Shown: positions 59,989-64,000 of the stretch, one piece after another | Layout of the letters: each line of letters opens with the position of its first letter | How positions within the stretch are numbered: position 1 is the stretch's first letter | Assembly: GCF_009834535.1 (NCBI RefSeq) | Contig: NC_045697.1 | Location: forward strand, 2,792,001-2,856,000 | From: Camelus ferus | Lineage: Eukaryota | Length of the DNA stretch: 64,000 nt | Direction of reading: 5' to 3' | Notes under the pieces: model-generated | What the model was told of the DNA's origin: nothing | Seen by the model: the letters and a program-made list of their open reading frames with translations, nothing else | Databases searched by the model: none | Translations under genes and position numbers: made by a program

Positions 59989-60893
59989 TGTGATATTGTG
60001 ATTTATAATAAAAAATACATATATATTCTGGTCTTTACCCATGGTTCCTAACAAATGCTCCTAAAATTTTTTCATTTCTTAAAGTGATTAGAGCTATAAG
60101 GGACATCTTTTGCTCCCAGCTCTTGAAATAGCTCCAGAACTATAAAGGTGAAATGGGCTTTTACCTTCCATAACAAGCCCCTTTCTGTCACACCACAGTT
60201 TATATTAATGAGGTGACTTTTGGAAAGCCCCTAGGGATGGGAGCTGTTTGCCAGGGGAACCAACCATGTAATTAGAGAGTTGGAAGTTTCAGCCCCAGCC
60301 TCCTTACCCTGCCTCTGGGGAAGGGAGAGGGGCTAGAAGCTGAATCAATTGCCAATGGCCAATCATTTGGTCAGTCTTGCCTATGTAATAAAGCCTCTGT
60401 AAAACCCCAAAAGAATGGATTTGGAGAGCTTCTAGGTTGGTGACCCTGTAGAGGTGCTGGAAGATTGGTGTATCCAGAGATCATGGAAGCTCCACACCCT
60501 TCCCTCATGCCTTGCCCTGTGCATCTCTCCCATCAGGCTGTTTCCAGGTCACATCCTTTTAAAGGCAACTGGTAACCTAATAAGTAAACTGTTTTCCTGC
60601 TCTAGCAAGTGACTCAAGCAAGAAGAGGTTCATGGGAAATTCTGATTTATAGTCACAGGAAGTATGCAATCAGCATCTGGAGGTGGGGTCAGGGGTGGTC
60701 TTGCTAGACCAGCCCTTCACTTGCAGGGTCTGATGCTCTCTCCAGGTAGACAGTGTCAGAATTGAGTTAAATGGTAGAGCATTCAGCTTGGCATGGGGAA
60801 ACCCCACACACTTAGTGAGCAGATGTGTCAGACATGAAGGAGCAGAGGATGGAGAGTAGAGGAGACACCCAGGAGGAATGCTTTTCCTAAATA
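59989..60893 (+). mobile_element. MER21-family LTR nested in the L1
   Basis: Starts tgtgatattgtgatttataa; has ggaaccaaccatgtaattagag, gccaatggccaatcattt, catggaagctccacaccc, tccaggtagacagtgtcagaattgagttaaat; L1 sequence resumes after it; 3' end approximate. Confidence 0.78.
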
Positions 60894-62490
60894 AATTCTC
60901 AATGTGTTATCCCAACACCAAAGCCAGAAAAGAAAACTGGACCAATGTCCCTCATGAAGATAGATGGGGAAAATCTTTGAATGTTTTCAGCAAATCAAAT
61001 GCAACAATATATAAAAAGGATAATACATCATGGAATACATATTCCAGGAATGCAAGGATGGTTTAACAACAAAAATCAGTGCAACTTACCATATTAACAG
61101 AATAAAATGTGAAACTGTCATCTCAAAAGATGCAGAAAAAGCATTTACAAAATCTAACATCTATTCCTAATAATAACGAGAAGTAAAAAGGATCTTTTTC
61201 AACCTGATAAAGAACATCTATGAAAATACTTTACTTAGCATCATACTTAATAGAGAGAAACTGAAGATTTCTCCCTAAGATCGGTAATGAGGCAAGGAAG
61301 TCCACTCTCACCACTTTTATTTAACATTTTTATGGGAGAACCTGGCCAGGCAAGAAAAAAAGCATTTGGATTGGAAAGGAAGAAGTAAAACCGTCTTTAT
61401 TCACAGACTGCATAATCATCTGTGTAGAAATCAGATGGAATCTACAGAAAGCCACTAGAACTAATAAGTGAGTTACCAAGGCTGCACGATCTCACGGGTC
61501 AAAGTACAAAAATCAATTTTATTTGTATATTTTAGTAAGTAACAAACATTCAGAAATTAAAATTTAAAAGAATAATTTTGAATAGCACAAAAATTATAAA
61601 ATACTTAGGAATAAATCTGATGCTTAAAACCTGTACTCTGAAAACTAGAAAAAAAATTGCTGAAAGAAATCAAACAAGACCTAAATAATGGGGCAATATC
61701 TGTGTTCATGGGCCAAAAGATTCAATATTGTTAAGATGACAATTCTCCCCCAAGTCAGTCTATAGACTCAGGACAATCTCAATTAAAATAGCAGCAGGTT
61801 TTTTGGGGGGGGGGGGTAGAAATTGACAAGCTGATTCTAAAATTCGTATGGATTTAGAAGGATTTAGAAGAACCAAAGCGACTTTGGGAAGGAAGACCTG
61901 GCGGGGGCCTGACACTGCCTGACCTCAAGGCTCATCGCAAAGCCAGGAGAAGCGGGACGGTGTGACCTTGGTGGACAGAAGGACCCAAGCGGAGCAGAAG
62001 ATGCTTAGTTTGTTTTCGACAAAGGTACCAAAGTGACTCAGCAGAGGAAGGATAGTCGTTCCAACGAATGGTGCTAGGACGGCTGAATATTCAACACAAA
62101 GAAAGAAAAAAGAACTTGATTCACACTGGGCCCTGTTTTAAAGAATAATTCAAAGCACAGCATAATCCTACATCTAAAACCTCAGAAAATAAAGCTTCGA
62201 GGAGAAAAATCTTTCTGACCTTGGCTAGCAAGGTTTCCCAGATGCAACCTTAGATGCACAGTCCACTTATAAAAATCAGTAAATTAGACTTCACCCAACA
62301 TTTACAAAACTTCTGCTCTTAAGGAATGCAAAGGCAGGCCACGGGGGGGAAATACTTGCAACTCATTCCTCTGACAGAGAGCTCCGCGCCAGAACGTACG
62401 AAGAATCCTCAAAACCTAAGTGGAGCACCAACAGCCCTAATGTCTGAAATGGGCGAAATGCTTAAACAGGCATCTCACCGAGGAAGGCGG
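60894..62490 (+). mobile_element. Old L1 ORF2 remnant, reverse transcriptase and C-terminal piece
   Basis: attccaggaatgcaaggatggtttaac (IPGMQGWFN), gatgcagaaaaagcattt (DAEKAF), ggaaaggaagaagtaaaa (GKEEVK), aatattgttaagatg (NIVKM); frameshifted throughout. Confidence 0.92.
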
Positions 62491-62519
62491 ACGGTATTAT
62501 GCATGTTTGAACCACATGG

Positions 62520-63050
62520 GAGATGAAGTCACAGTTGGGGGGACGCCACACCTCATGGATCTGGTGGGCCAGGGGAGGCTTTCGTTTTTACTTCCACTGA
62601 GATGGAGCCTGGGGAGGGTTTGTAGCAGAGACATGCCGTGGTCTGCTTGAGATTTTGAAAGAAGTCCCCTGGCCATGGGAAGGGTCTGCCGGGGGCAAGG
62701 GCAGCAGCAGGGAGCAGAGAGGCAGCAGTAGCGCAGGGGAGTGTCCCTGCTGGCTTGGGCGGTGGAGCTGGAGATGGGAGGAGCGGGTGCAGGATGGCTG
62801 CGTCCCCAAGGCAGGGCCAGCCAGTGGGGCCGGTGGCTGGATGTGGGGTGGGACACCCGGGAGGAGGGAGCTGCCCGTAACTGAGAAGGGGGACAGTGAC
62901 GGGGTGGAGGTGTCCAACAAGCAGCTGTACGTCCAAGCCTAGGGCTCAGGGAGAAGGACGGGCTGAAGGTGGAAATTTGGGGTTCACTCTCTAGATGGCA
63001 TCTAAATCCCCGAGACTGGATGAGGTTCTCAGGGGAGAGGGGAAAGGCCC
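62520..63050 (-). mobile_element. L2 LINE fragment
   Basis: ggagggtttgtagcagag...ttttgaaagaagtcccctggc...gtggaggtgtccaacaagcagctg...ctcagggagaagg...gagactggatgag matches reversed L2. Confidence 0.75.
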
Positions 63051-64000
63051 AGGCAGTGAGGCCTCGGCCCTCTAACCTGCTCCCAACACGAGTCCTGGCC
63101 ACTGGTCAGCTTGGCTCATGGCCCGAGGTCATGCTTAAAAAGAGGACAAAACCTGCAGTTTCCTGAGCTTGTGTGTGAGGAGCGCCTGGGCAGTGCTGAT
63201 GTGCAGCCCAGGTGGCCTCCGAGGCTCTCCAGAAACAGAATCCTGCCAACCTTCATCCTCCTGTCCTTACCGGAAAGTCCCCTGAGGGATGCGTGCCTGT
63301 GCCTCCTCCCGCCTCTGCTCGCCTGTCCGAGGAGGACTCAGCACCCTGGCACATGGGCTCCCGGAGGCTGCCTGCGACCTCGAGGCCAGGGAATGCGCAT
63401 TCGGGCCCTTCTTGCCAGCGCCCCTCCCCCGCACCCCGCAGCTCGCCCTCAGCTGGTGGGCCACAGAGACCCCCGATCAGGAGACACTGAGGTTTCCTAT
63501 GCCCCAGGCCGGACGTGAGCACTGAGGAGCCGTCTCCACAGCTTACAGAGGGGCGGACACCCAGGACCACTCAACTCATCGACTGAATCACCCCCGGGGG
63601 TGCACTCTAGTCTGAAGGCTGGCTGAACCCCCAGACCCTCCTGGGGCCCCAGGCCGAGGTGTCCCCAACCAGCATGGTGGCCACTCTTACCTTGAAAGTC
63701 CCCCAGAGGCCTCTGCACCCCAACCCCTAGATGGAAACAAGATATGCACCTTAACCAATATCCCCTCAATGTAATAAAAAGATGGTTAGTCTCAAAGAAA
63801 TTCAGATTAACTGAGTTTGCATAATTTCATATTTTCATTTAAAAAAAAAGCAAAAGTAAACACCAATTTCAGGAGGATTTTAAGTGATTTGGTCATTCAG
63901 CTAAGATTTATCGGGCCCTGTCATTACTCCACATGTCCTCAGGGAGGGGACAGCTCTGGGGACATGGGATGAGTGCTTCCTGGGGTCTGGGGAGAGGTCA

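Noticed and set aside
59632..61066. ORFs with L1 ORF2 similarity as an active retrotransposon or domesticated gene
   Set aside because: They are short fragments with many stops and frameshifts, interrupted by an LTR.
58536..64000. HTRA3 protease-domain exons or the short-isoform terminal coding exon
   Set aside because: I saw no matching peptide on the - strand; they presumably lie beyond the window end.
1..64000. A novel multi-gene system, horizontally acquired insert or prokaryotic feature
   Set aside because: The identifiable features are explained by ACOX3-HTRA3 synteny and common mammalian repeats; I noticed no compositionally foreign coding block.

Overview
GC-rich mammalian genomic DNA, almost certainly from a camelid because it carries Vic-1-type tRNA-derived SINEs. 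It holds the 3' halves of two convergent genes. ACOX3 (peroxisomal pristanoyl-CoA oxidase) is on the + strand with its last 11 coding exons (58-21890), ending in the PTS1 signal -SKL*. HTRA3 is on the - strand with its last 3 exons encoding the PDZ domain (58535-55496) and a polyA signal near 54510. The rest is intron and intergenic DNA with old repeats (L1, L2, L3, MIR, MLT1, MER21, MER20, MER58) and simple repeats. The most notable feature is that the penultimate ACOX3 exon is 86 nt instead of 87: one C is missing at 19165-19168, which shifts the frame, gives a stop at 19177-19179 and removes the peroxisomal targeting signal. This is either an assembly error or a real loss-of-function allele. 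Other signals are patches of strong AT-to-GC shift inside old L1s, a G-quadruplex before the catalytic exon, a candidate MEF2 enhancer and a 63-bp tandem duplication. I found no novel multi-gene system. Exon numbers and repeat family names come from my recall of orthologues and consensus sequences, not from a database search.
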